Part shown: positions 50,001 through 62,000 of the stretch, one piece after another
How the letters are laid out: every line of letters begins with the position of its first letter
How positions within the stretch are numbered: position 1 is the first letter of the stretch
Made by a program: the position numbers and the translations under genes
Notes under the pieces: model-generated
What the model saw: only the letters and a program-made list of their open reading frames with translations
Told to the model about the DNA's origin: nothing
The model's database searches: none
Origin: Mobula hypostoma
Lineage: Eukaryota
Direction of reading: 5' to 3'
NCBI RefSeq assembly: GCF_963921235.1
Contig: NC_086097.1
Span: 32,366,001 to 32,430,000 of the forward strand
Length of the DNA stretch: 64,000 nt

Positions 50001-53000
50001 CATCTTGTGGGTGTTGCTCTGGATTTCCAGCATTTGCAGAATCTCGTGTTTATTCTTAAACGTTTGAAATTGAACCCACATCCACCATTTGCACAAGCAG
50101 CTTGTTCCACAATCACGCTCCCTGCCTTTGGAAGATATATGCAAGTGTGGATCAGGGCTGAAAGTTTTGGAGAACGAGCATAACTGGTCCCATCCTTCTG
50201 CCCTAGGGAAATCTTACTTACGATAGGAAGGAAGCCTGGGGAAAGCAAAGAGACATCACCCATCAGGTCAGCCGGGACGGTATCCAGAACCTGGTGAGAC
50301 TGGGCACGGCACACTGGAGTGCTGCTCAAGAAGTGGGTCCTCGACATCTGCTGGGAACAGGACACATTTTCAGCCACTTTCCCACCCTCTCCCTCTTCAC
50401 AACCCAGCACAAGGAAAGGTCACATGGGGTTAAACAGTGCACTGGCCTCCAGCCAAATGAGGAGAGACCGGAGGCTGACCACAGGAAACTGCAGCCAGGA
50501 CATCAGGAATTAGGAACCAGCAGCAGTTACATCCGAATTTGCCGAAGAAGTAGAATTGAAGAGGAAAGGTAGATGAACAGGTAGACAAAGTCAAAGTAAA
50601 TTTATAATCCAAGTACATACATGTCACCATATACTACCTTGAGATTCATTTTCTTGCATTTACAAAACAAAGAAAAGCAATAACATCCTCAAAAGCTATA
50701 CACAAAGACAGACTGACAAATAACAAATTTGCAAAAGACAAACTGTGCAAATCAGAAGATATATAATAAATAGTACTGAGAACAAAGTATAGAGTCCTTG
50801 AAAGTGATTTTGTAGATTGTGGAATCAGTTCAGAGGAAGGCATTAAGCATCACACATCAAAGTAGCTGGTGAACGCAGCAGGCCAGGCAGCATCTCTAGG
50901 AAGAGGTACAGTGTTGCTTGAATTTCCAGCATCTGCAGAATTCCTGTTGAAGGCATTAAGCATGTTTGCTTTCTTCAGTCAGGTTATTGAGTACAAGATA
51001 TTGGTGAGACTGCGTGCATTTCTAGTCACCCAGTTATAGGAAGGTTGCCATTTAGTTGGAGAAGGTGCAGAGAAGATTCAGGAAGACAATACCGGGCCTG
51101 GAGGATTTGAGTTGTAAGGAGAGGTTGGGACTATTTCCCTTTGAACTTGAGTGCAAGGAGCTGAAGGGTGATCTTATAGAGGTCATGAAGGGCACTGGTG
51201 ATATGAATGATCATTTCCATCCCCCCCCCCAGGAAGGGAGTTTAAAACTCAATAGCACAGGCTTAAGGCAAGAGTAGAAAAAAATTAAAATGAGCCCAAG
51301 ACAACTTTTCCACTCAGATGGTAGTGGGTAAATGGAATGAGCTGCCAGAGCAATTGGCAGGTGCAGGTACAATAACAACATTTAGAGATTTTAGACGGGT
51401 CCATGGATACTAAAAGTTTAGACATATAGGCCAAATGCTAATAAATGGGACTGGATCAGGTAGGCATTTCTGCATAAGTTTATGACTCAGGGATCTGAAG
51501 AGGAGTGAGAGGTTAATTGAATCATCCTGTCGTCACAAATGGATCTGCTCCATGCTGAATCCCTCTATGAACCTAACTTATTCTCGCCTCCTCACAACAC
51601 TTCAGGGTGTGGCAAAGAGTGGGAATAAAAAGGGCTTTTTCTTGTTGGCTGCTGGTGTTCCACAGGAGTCAGAGTTGAGTCAGCTACTTTTCAGATTATA
51701 TGTCAATCATGACAGAATTGATAGCTTTGCAGCCTAACTTGCGGCTGCCACAGATAGGTGAAAGGGCAGGTAGTGTTGAGGAAGCAAGGAGTCTGCAGAA
51801 GGACTTGGACAGATCAAGAGAACGGGCAAAGAACTGGCAGATGGAATACAGTGTAGGGAATTGTATGATCATGTATTTTGGTCGAAGGAATACCTTCCGG
51901 AAGACTTTTTTAAATAGTGAGTATATTCAAAAATAAGAGGTGCAGAGAGACTTGGGAGTACTCATGCAGAATTCCTTAAGGGTTAACATGCAAGTTGAGT
52001 CAGCTGTAAGGAAGTGAACTGCAATGTTACCATTCATTCCAAGAGGACTAGAATGAAAAAGCAAAGATAAAGCCTCTGCATTGGGACCACATTTGGAGTA
52101 TGGTGGGCAGTTTCGGGCCTCGTATCTAAGAAAGGATGTGCTTGCATTGGAGAGAGCCCAGAGGAGGTTTACAAGAATGATGTCAGGAATGAAAGAGTTT
52201 ACGTACAAAGACTGTTTGATAGCTCGGGCCTGTACTCATTGGAGTTTAGAAGAATATGGGGGGGATCTCAATGAAATCTACCAAACGTTTAAAGGCTTTG
52301 GATAGAGTGGGCGTGCAGAGGATTGTTTTCAACAATGGGAGAGTATAGGACTAGAGGAATAGAGCCTCAGAATACAAGGACAAACAACCTTTAGAACAAA
52401 GATGAGGAGGAATTTCTTCAGCTCCAGTGTGGGTGAATCTGTGGAATTCATTGCCACAGATGGCCGTGGAGGCCAAGTCATTGGGTATATTTGAAGCAAA
52501 GATTGACAGGCCCTTAATTAGTAAGGGTGTCAAATGTTATGGGGAGAAGGGAGGAGAATGGAGTGAGAGGGAAAATAAATCAGTCATGATCAAATGGCAG
52601 AGCAAACTCAATGGGTCAAATGGCCTAATTCTGCTCCCATGTCATATGGTCTCAGGAGAACCAATGCAGAATTATGTAACAACTTACAACCAAACAGCAA
52701 ACATTCAACCTCTGGTTCTAATAGCAGCCATAAGTTTGTTCCCAGCTTCAGTGGGAACCCACATTACACATAGCTGAATGGGTTTCACCAATATGTGAGC
52801 ACAAAGCAAGTCCACAGTGTGATCAGCTCCAGAGTGAAAGGTCAGGATTGAAACTCCAAACAGGAACGGAGACACAAGTCTAGATGAGCCCTCTGCTACA
52901 GTCCCAGGGCATCCCAGAGTGCCACCCAGTCCAGGGGAAACCCCAGCACCTGCCTGTCGGAGAGCCCTTACTCGGGGCATCTCAGGGGAACTGTGCCCAC

Positions 53001-56000
53001 GAAATCCCTCTCCATCAACATTTAAGGGTCTAGACTTACAGAGTGCAGGGGAGACTGTGCCCCAGAGATCCCTCTGCTCTGTGTGAGAGGGCCCAGACTG
53101 AGAGAGAGAACCCATCCCCATCTCTGGGGGATTCCTCTGACCACCAGAAGAGGGTCAGGACTCAGGGGGTGTAGAAAGGACTCTGCCTCTCTTCCCCAGT
53201 GTGAATATGTCTGGACTCAGAGGAGAGCACCCATCTCCATATTGCAGGGACTATGTCTACAAAATCCCCAGCATGAGAGTGTCCAGACTCAGAGTAAAGG
53301 ATGGACAGTGCCTCAGAGATCTCTGTCTCTCCGCCGACAGCAAGCCTGTGCCCAGGGAATGCATGTGAAAAAGGCCAACAGCATGCTCTGAGCAGTTCCT
53401 ACCTGTGCACCGAGGACCACACACAGTGCAGGCCATCCCGATCGCTCCCCCTGCGCACGGGCCACGTCTGTTAGCTCACTCGGCCAGTCACCCTGCCACA
53501 CTAGGCACCTGATCAGGAACAACCGACCACAGGGGTGAGGAGAGGGGGCAGCGCAGACACACACATGAAGCCCAGCACTTACCCTCAGCATTCCTAACTC
53601 TTCTACTGCCTGTGAATACATCCAGCAAAAACATTTCACTCCGTGCCCTAACTTGTACCCAAGACCATACAGACATTTACCCCCGTGTTCACCGGTTGAC
53701 TCCAGCTTCCAGTCCTGCTGTAATATCCTCTGCAGCCTTACCCCACTGCTTCCAGATTGCCTGTGGGGGGAATTCACCCACTTCTTATCCCATTCCCAGA
53801 TCAGTTTCAGATTCAAATTCAACGTTCAATGTAAGTTTTTTTATCAAAGTACAAACATATTACCATATTCATTTTCTTGCAGGAAGCTCAATAAATCCAT
53901 AATAGAATAATGACCATAATAGTATCAACGAAAGTAACACCAGCTTGGGTGTGAAAGACATAAGCTGTGCAAATACAAAAAGAAATAATAATAATAAACA
54001 AACAATAAATAGAGAACATGAGATGAAGTGTCCTCGAAAGTCCATAAGCTGTGGGAACATTTTAATGATGAAGTGAAGTTATCTCCTTTGGTTCAAGGGC
54101 CTGATGTTTGAGGGGTAATAACTAATCCTGACCTGGTGGTGAGAGTCCTGAGGCTCCTGTGCCTTCTTACAGATGACAGCAGCAAGAGGAGAGCATGGCC
54201 AGAGTGTCAGGGGTCCCTGATGCTGCTTCCCTGCAATGTTTAGTGTCTATGTGCTCAATGGTGGGGAGGGCTTTTATTTATCTATCATTTGATTCATTTA
54301 TTTATCCCATGCACATCAAACCACACACTAAAATGCATTGTTTACTTTTACAACAAACATGACCCAAGGATGTGCTGGAAGCAGCCTGCAAGTGTTGCCA
54401 CACATTCAAGCACCAATGTGGCATGCTCACCAGAACAACACGAGCAACAAGAACAGAAAGAAAACAAGAGCAAAACAAACTCCTTTCCACCCTCCCTCCC
54501 TCCCTCCCACCCACACAAACAGACCTCCAACCCCAGTGGCCTCCGACTTAAGGGTTCACCAACTTCAGTCTTCCACTTTCAATATCGACCCCACGACCCA
54601 ACAGTTTTGAGCTCCAAGGTTTCCATCATCCCCTCTTCCAGCTTTGGCTCTCCCCTCTCCCAGTACCACACCAACTTTCATTATGAAACACACGGGTGGC
54701 CCAACAGTTAGCGCTACTGCCTCTCAGCACCCAGACCCGAGTTCAGTCCTGACCCCAGTACTGTCTGTGTGGAGTCTGCACGTTCTCCTTGTAACCACAT
54801 GGGCTTCCCAAGGGTGCTCAGCTTTCTACCCACAGCCCAAAGTGGATCAGTTTATGACTGCCCGTACACATACTGATGGACAGTGAAAAGCTTGTCTTGA
54901 ACAACTGTTCATACAGATCATTACATCGTGCATTGAGGTAGTGCAAGGTTACAGAATGTCAGAGTAGTATATGGTGCCATACAAGGAGTACTGCCACAAG
55001 GAAGCAACTTGCAGAATAAAACGTTAGTTACAGAAAAAGTGCAGTGCAGGCAGGCAAAGCAGAAGATCATATCGAGGGAAACTGTGAGGTTAAAAGTCCA
55101 TCATAACAAACTAAGGAACTATATAATAGTCTTATAACAGTGGGGTAGAAGCTGTCGTTATGCCTAGTGCTATGTGCTTTCAGGCTGTTGTAAATGGTGG
55201 TGGGGGGTCGAGAGAGAATGTCTGGGGTGGGTGGGGTCTCCAATTATGCTGCTGCTTTACCAAGACAATGAAAAGTGCATGCAGAGTCCGTGGAAGGGAT
55301 TCTATCATCTTCTATGCCCCTGTTTCGTAGATGAGGGGTGGAATTGGTGGGGGGGGCGGGGGCGGCTGCACAGTTGATGGGAATGTGAGGAGAATAAAAA
55401 GTAGGATTCGCGTCAATGTGTGATATCCAGCATGAGCTCAGTGGGCTGAAGGGCCACTTCATGCCATTGGTCTGCATGAACACTCAGCCCCAACGTGAGC
55501 CAGAGAGCTGAAGTTGTCTGTTGCCAGCAAGCCAAGTTCAAATTATCTTTTTAAATGAAAGTACATATATGGCACCATTTACTACTGACGTTCATTTTCC
55601 TGCAGGCATTCACAGAACAAAGAAATATGGTAGAATCAATGAAAAAAACCTACAAAGACTGACAAACTACTGCGTGAAAGACAACAATCTGTGCAAATGC
55701 AAATAATAATAAACAAATAAAAACAATACTGAAATCATGAGCTGTAGAGTCCTTAAATGAATTCATAGATTATGTAATCAGTTCAGAGTGGAGGTGAGTG
55801 AAGTTATCCACACTGGTTTAGGAGCCTGATGGCTGAAGGGTAATAACTGTTCCTGAACCTGCTGATGTAGGACCTAATGCCCTTGTACCTCCTCCCCATG
55901 GTAATAGTGAGAAGACAGCATGGTGGGGAACTTGATGATGGGTGTTGCTTCCTTGTGGCAGCGCTCCTCGTAGCTGTGCTCATTGGTGGGGAGGGATTTT

Positions 56001-59000
56001 CTTGTAACCCACTTTTTGCAGGCAATTGCTCCAGACCGTCAAAGAATCCATGGTAGCTGAGGGATTGCAGGGCTTTTGCTCCATCACCAAAGGGCCCAGT
56101 GTTGATTCTGCGTCACAATCTTACAGCAATTACAGATTGATGTAGGAGTGGAGACTGGCCCTGCTCCTCTCCCTCATCCACCTCCCTCCCCTACCCCAGA
56201 CTTCCCCAGCATCCAAAACCTTAGGATCCTGCTGATATTCTCAGCAACATCTCCTTCCAGGGCTCCTGAGGGAGAGAAGAGCAGAGGATCACAGTCCTCT
56301 CTGATACTGAATTGAGTTGAATTGACTATTTCTTACATACTTCACACGAGTAAAAATCTTTACGTTACGTCTCTGTCTAAATGAGCAATGTGCAATTTAT
56401 AGTAATTTGTAGTAAATAGTGTATACAACAGAACAGTCAATACAAGATAGAAATACAATTGTATCAGCATGAATTAATCAGTCTGATGGCCTGGTGGAAG
56501 AAACTGTCCCGGAGCCTGTTGATTCTGGCTTAAATGCTGTGGTACTGTTTCCTGGATGGTAGCAGCTGGAACAATTTGTGGTTGGGGTGACTCAGGTCCC
56601 CAATGATCATTTGGGACCTTTTTACACAGCTGTCTTTGTAAATGTCCTGAAACATTGGAAGTTCACAACAACAGATGCGCTGGGCTGTCTGTACCACTCT
56701 GCAGAATCCTGCAGTTAAGGGAGGTACAGTTCCCATACCAGGCAGGATGCAGCCAGTCAGGATGCTCTCAACTGTGCCCCTGTAGAAAGTTCTTAGGATT
56801 TGGGGGCCCATACCAAACTTCCTCAACCGCCTGAGGTGAAAGAGGCACTGTTCTGCTTTTTTCACCACACAGCTGGTATGTACAGACCACGTGAAGTCCT
56901 TGGTAATGTGGATGCTGAGGAACTTGAAGCTGTTTACCCTCTCAACCCCAGATCCATTGGTGTCAATAGGGGTTAGTCTGTCTCCATTCCTCCTGTAGTC
57001 CACAACCAGCTCCTTTGTTTTTGCGACATTGAGGGAGGGGTTATTTTCTCAACACCACTGTGTCAGGGTGATGACTTCTCTGAAGGCTGCCTCATTATTA
57101 TTTGAGACAAGGCCAATCAATCTAGTATTGTCAGCAAATTTAATTAGCAGATTGGAGTAGATAGCGACACGGTCTTGAGTAGAGAGTAAAGGAGAGGGTT
57201 TAGGACACAGCCCTGAGGGGCACCTGTGTTGAGGGTCAGAGGGGCAGAGACAAGGGAGCCCACTCTTACCACTTGCTGGCGAACTGACAGGAAGTTCAGG
57301 ATCCAGCTGTACAAGGCAGGGTGAAGGCAGAGATCTCTGAAATGCTTGCCAAGCCTGGAGGGAATTATGGTGCTGATTGCTGAACTGTAGTCAAAGAACA
57401 GCATTCTTACATAAGCATCCTTCTTCTCCAGATGCGTAAGGATGGTGTGTTGAGCTGTGGCTATTGCATCACCTGTTGATTGGTTGTGTCGGTAGGCAAA
57501 TGGTAGGCGGTCCAGTTTGGGTGGTAGCATGCTGCAGATTTAGTCCTTGACCAGCGTCTCAAAGCATTTGCTTATTATTGCGGTGACTGTGACAGGACGC
57601 CAGTCATTCAGACATGTTACCTTGGTCTTTTTAGGTACAGGACAATGATGGATGTTTTGAAGCAGACTATAAGCTATAGGAGCAAAAGTGGGCCATTCAG
57701 CCCATCAAGTCTGCTCTGCCGTTCTATCATGGGCTGATTCAATTCTTCCAGTCATCCCCACTCCCTTGCTTTCTCCCCATACCCTTTGATGCCCTGGCTA
57801 ATCAAGAACCTATCTATCTCTGCCTTAAATGCACCCAATGACTTGGCCTCCACAGCCGCTCGTGGCAACAAATTCCACAGATTTACCACCCCCTGACTAA
57901 AGTAATTTTTCTGCATCTCAGTTCTAAATGGACGTCCTTCAATCTTGAAGTCGTGCCGTCTTGTCCTAGACTCCCCTACTATGAGAAATAACTTTACCAT
58001 GTCTAATCTGTTCAGGCCTTTTAACTTTTGGAATGTTTTAATGAGATCCCCCCTCATTCTCCTGAACTCCAGGGAATACAGCCCAAGAGCTGCCAGACAC
58101 TCCTCAGAAGGCAGGAGGGCATTCTACACTGGGAGAGGGAGAGATTAAAAATGTCTGTAAACTCACCTGCTAGTTGTGTCACACACATCCTGAGTACCCA
58201 GTCCAGCAGCCTTGTCACTGCCCACTCGTTGGAAACACCTACATACTTCAGCCTCAGAGATGACCAAGGTGCCAGTTGCTTTGGTGGGATCCTCGGGCGG
58301 GGCTTAGCGTTGGCGACATCAAACCAAGCGTAAAAAAGACTTAGCTCATCTGGGGGAGAGGCAGCGGTCGGCAGCACCACTGCACTTAGCTTCGGTCTGC
58401 GATGGTGTGCAGACCTTGCCATAAGCTGTGTGTGTTGTTGGTGGAGAGTTGTCTGAACCTTGTCCCTGTATTGTTGTTTGCATGTTACCTCAGTGCCAAA
58501 AGCTAATGTGCTGTCTCAGAATCTAAACATCTCACATAATCAAACAAGTGGAGGAACAGAGCAATCTTGGAGTCCACTTCTATTGATACCTCAAAGTTTC
58601 CGTGCAAGTTGATAGGGTGGTTAAAGTGGTGTATGGTGCATTGCCCTTCATCAGTCAGGGGAATGAGTTCAGGAGCCACGTGGTAACGTTGCAGTTCTAT
58701 AAAACTCTGGATTGACCACACTTGGAATATTGTATCCAGTTCTGGTCACCAGATTAAAAGAATGTGGAAGCTTTAGAGGGTACAGAGGAGATTTACTCAG
58801 GTGTAGCTTGGATTCCACAACATGTCTTGTGAGGAAAGGTTGAGCAAGTGAGGACTTTTGTTTTTGGAGCAAAGGAGGATGAGAGGCGGCTCAAGAGAGG
58901 TGTACAAGATGATAAGAAGCATAGAGTGGAAGCCAACACCTTTTTCCCAGGGTGGAAATTACTTATATGAAGGGGGTGACTGGAGCAAAGTGTAGGGGGT

Positions 59001-62000
59001 ATGTCAGAGGTAGGTTTTTTTTTTAAATACAAAGAGTGGTGGCTGTGTGGAATGCGCTGCCAGGGGTGATGGTGGAGGGAGCTGCATTAGGGACTTTGAA
59101 GAGACTCTTAGATGGGCGCAGGGATAATAGAAAGTGGAGGGCTATGTGAGAGGAAAGGGTTAAATTAATCTTACTGGCAAAGGTCGACACAACATCACAG
59201 TCCGAAGGACCTGTACTTTGCTGTAATGTTCTGCGTTAACCTCAATATTGCTGTAAACTGTCCCTCAGAATCTTGTAGTTCTTGATTAGGTCACCTGCTA
59301 TTAAACTAATGCAGGCAAATACAGACCCATAATTAACCTCCCTTCACAAGAGAAATCACTCAAGGCTCCATCCACAAGGCACTTATTTCAAGAAAAGTAC
59401 AGTGGACTCCAGTTAATTGGGCCTTTGGTTAATCAGGACAGCCGATTATTCAGAACAACTCTTAAAGAACAGAAACTAATGAGGAAATAGCCAGGATTCC
59501 CTTTGTTTACTTGGGACACTGACACTTAATTGGGACAGGAGACTGTTGCTGAAGTTTCAAACCAGCATCAGCTGCATGCACTTGTGCAGCCGTTAGACAT
59601 GGCACCATGCTTAGGGTGACTACATTTGAAACAGTGTTCAAAAAGCAGTGATTTTTGTCACATAGCTGATGAGGAATAAGCAGTAAGACAATTTCGAACT
59701 GTTTTGCTCACTGTAGTTTCAAGCATACAGACTTGAAGCTGCCAGAAACAGCTGAGAGTGAGAATGAAACAATTTCACTGCTTCAAAAAATTAGGAATTA
59801 CAAATAATTTTAAAGGTATCAAAATCATTTTGAGTATTATAATGAAAAATAAAGAATTGGAGGATGGAATTGTCAAAAGCATTGTAACAAGACAGTCCAT
59901 TATCTGCATTAGGTATCTGCAGTGATTTTGTTGATTTACAGTCAATCAAAAGGACATGGCAGTGTACACTGGAAGAACTCCTCCATCATTGTCACATGGA
60001 GTGAGCAGAATTATCGGCAGCTTAATGTGAAAAAGACTAAGGAGCTGGTGGTGGACCTGAGGAGGACAAAGGTACCGGTGACCCCTGTTTCCATCCAGGG
60101 GGTCAGTGTGGACATGGTGGAGGATTACAAATACCTGGGGATATAAAGTGACAATAAACTGGACTGGTCAAAGAACACTGAGGCTGTCTACAAGAAGGGT
60201 CAGAGCCGTCTCTATTTCCTGAGGAGATTGAGGTCCTTTAACATCTGTCGGATGATGCTGAGGATGTTCTACAAGTCTGTGGTGGCCAGTGTGATCATGT
60301 TTGCAGTTGTGTGCTGGGACAGCAGGCTGAAGGTAGCAGACACCAACAGAATCAACAAACTCATTCGTAAGGCCAGTGATGTTGTGGGGATGGAACTGGA
60401 CTCTCTCACGGTGGTGTCTGAAAAGAGGATGCTGTCCAAGTTGCATGCCATCTTGGACAATGTCTCCCATCCACTACATAATGTACTGGGTGGGCACAGG
60501 AGTACAATCAGCCAGAGACTCATTCCACCGAGATGCAACACAGAGTGTCATAGGAAGTCATTCCTGTCTGTGGCCATCAAACTTTACAACTCCTCCCTTG
60601 GAGGGTCAGACACCCTGAGCCAATAGGCTGGTCCTGGACTTATTTCATAATTTACTGGCATAATTTACATATTACTATTTAAGTATTTATGGTTTTATTA
60701 CTATTTAATTATTTATGGTGCAACTGTAACGAAAACTAATTTCCCTCAGGATCGATAAAGTATGACTATGACTATGACTAAACTGGAAAACATCACAACT
60801 CAGGTCATACTTGGGCCTTGTAAGCTACTACCACCAGTTTCTCCCAAACATGAACACTGACAGAGTCCAGATGGGATGAACGGTTTGGCCTCGTGCAGGA
60901 TGTTGACTGCAGTTCCCAGGGACAGCAGCTATCGTGATTTAAACTCAGTCCCATCAACATTGATGCTTAACCCAGCTCGAGGCTGCAGAGGGCTGTAGAC
61001 ACGGCCAGTTCCATCACAAGGCACAAGGCTCCCCATCACCAAGGGCATCTTCAAGACACGGTGCCTCAAGAAGGCATCATTAAGGACCCTTACCACCCAG
61101 GGCATGCCCTTTTCCTGTTACTGCCATCAAGGTGGGCCGGAAATTCCCCACTCAGTTATTCAAAACAGCTTTCTCCCCTCCACCTTCAGATTTTGAACAA
61201 CCCATGAACACCACCTTGTTATTCTTCCTTTGCACTGTTCAGTTTTGTAACATAATTTTTTGTTAACCAAAATATTCCTGCACATTCATGTGCCTATCTA
61301 GCAGCCTCTTAAATGCCACTATTGTATCCACTTCCATGACCACCCCTGTCAGTCCACTGCAGGTATCCACCATTCCATGTGTAGCCTGCTTAATCCCTTT
61401 AAACTCCCCCCACCCCCACCATAAAATAAGTTCAAACCATGAACATAAGCCATTTTGAGCAGAAAATCCTACAAAAGGTCCAGTACATCACCGGTAAAGC
61501 CCTCTCAACCATGAAATGTTGCTGTAGAAAAGCCGCATCCATCAAAGATCCTCACCACCCAGGCCATCCTCTTTTCTAGCTACTGCCATCAGGAAGGCGG
61601 TACAGGAGCCTCAGGACTCGCACCACCAGGTTCAAGAACAATTACTACTACTACGTTGACTCAGGCCTAGAAGGCTGGCATCTCCACTTCTCACTCTCCA
61701 TCAGTGTGTTCAGTTCATCTACATTAGCCGCGCCGCTGTCTTCTAGGAGTGTGTTAACCATAGTCTTGGGAGGGCGCCCAGGGTTCATCCTCCCGTGCTT
61801 GGGCTCCCATATGACGACTAGGCTGGCAGGTAGCTTGAGGTGGCGTAGACAGTGCCCCGCTAGTTTCAGTCTTCTCGCCTCGATTTTAGTGGTGAGCATC
61901 TGTAGGTCGTTATAGAGCTCGACGTGTAATATGCTGTTGCCAATTCACGTCAAGAGCCATCCGGAGCATTCGTGTATAGCAACCATCTGGAGACTTTCGC

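Noticed and set aside
50125..50202. Possible extra exon with a GC donor just after the 50222 exon
   Set aside because: It would need an intron of about 19 nt and has an incompatible phase.
56194..56265. Exon-like segment on the minus strand with a strong acceptor (ctcttctctccctcag) and weak GTAGGG donor
   Set aside because: In the required phase 2 it reaches TGA after 7 codons, and the flanking exons join directly. At most a cryptic or poison exon; no support.
59398..59975. Possible Tigger/pogo-like DNA transposon remnant (TA|CAGTGGACTCC...)
   Set aside because: No clear matching TIR or translatable transposase motif could be verified by eye.
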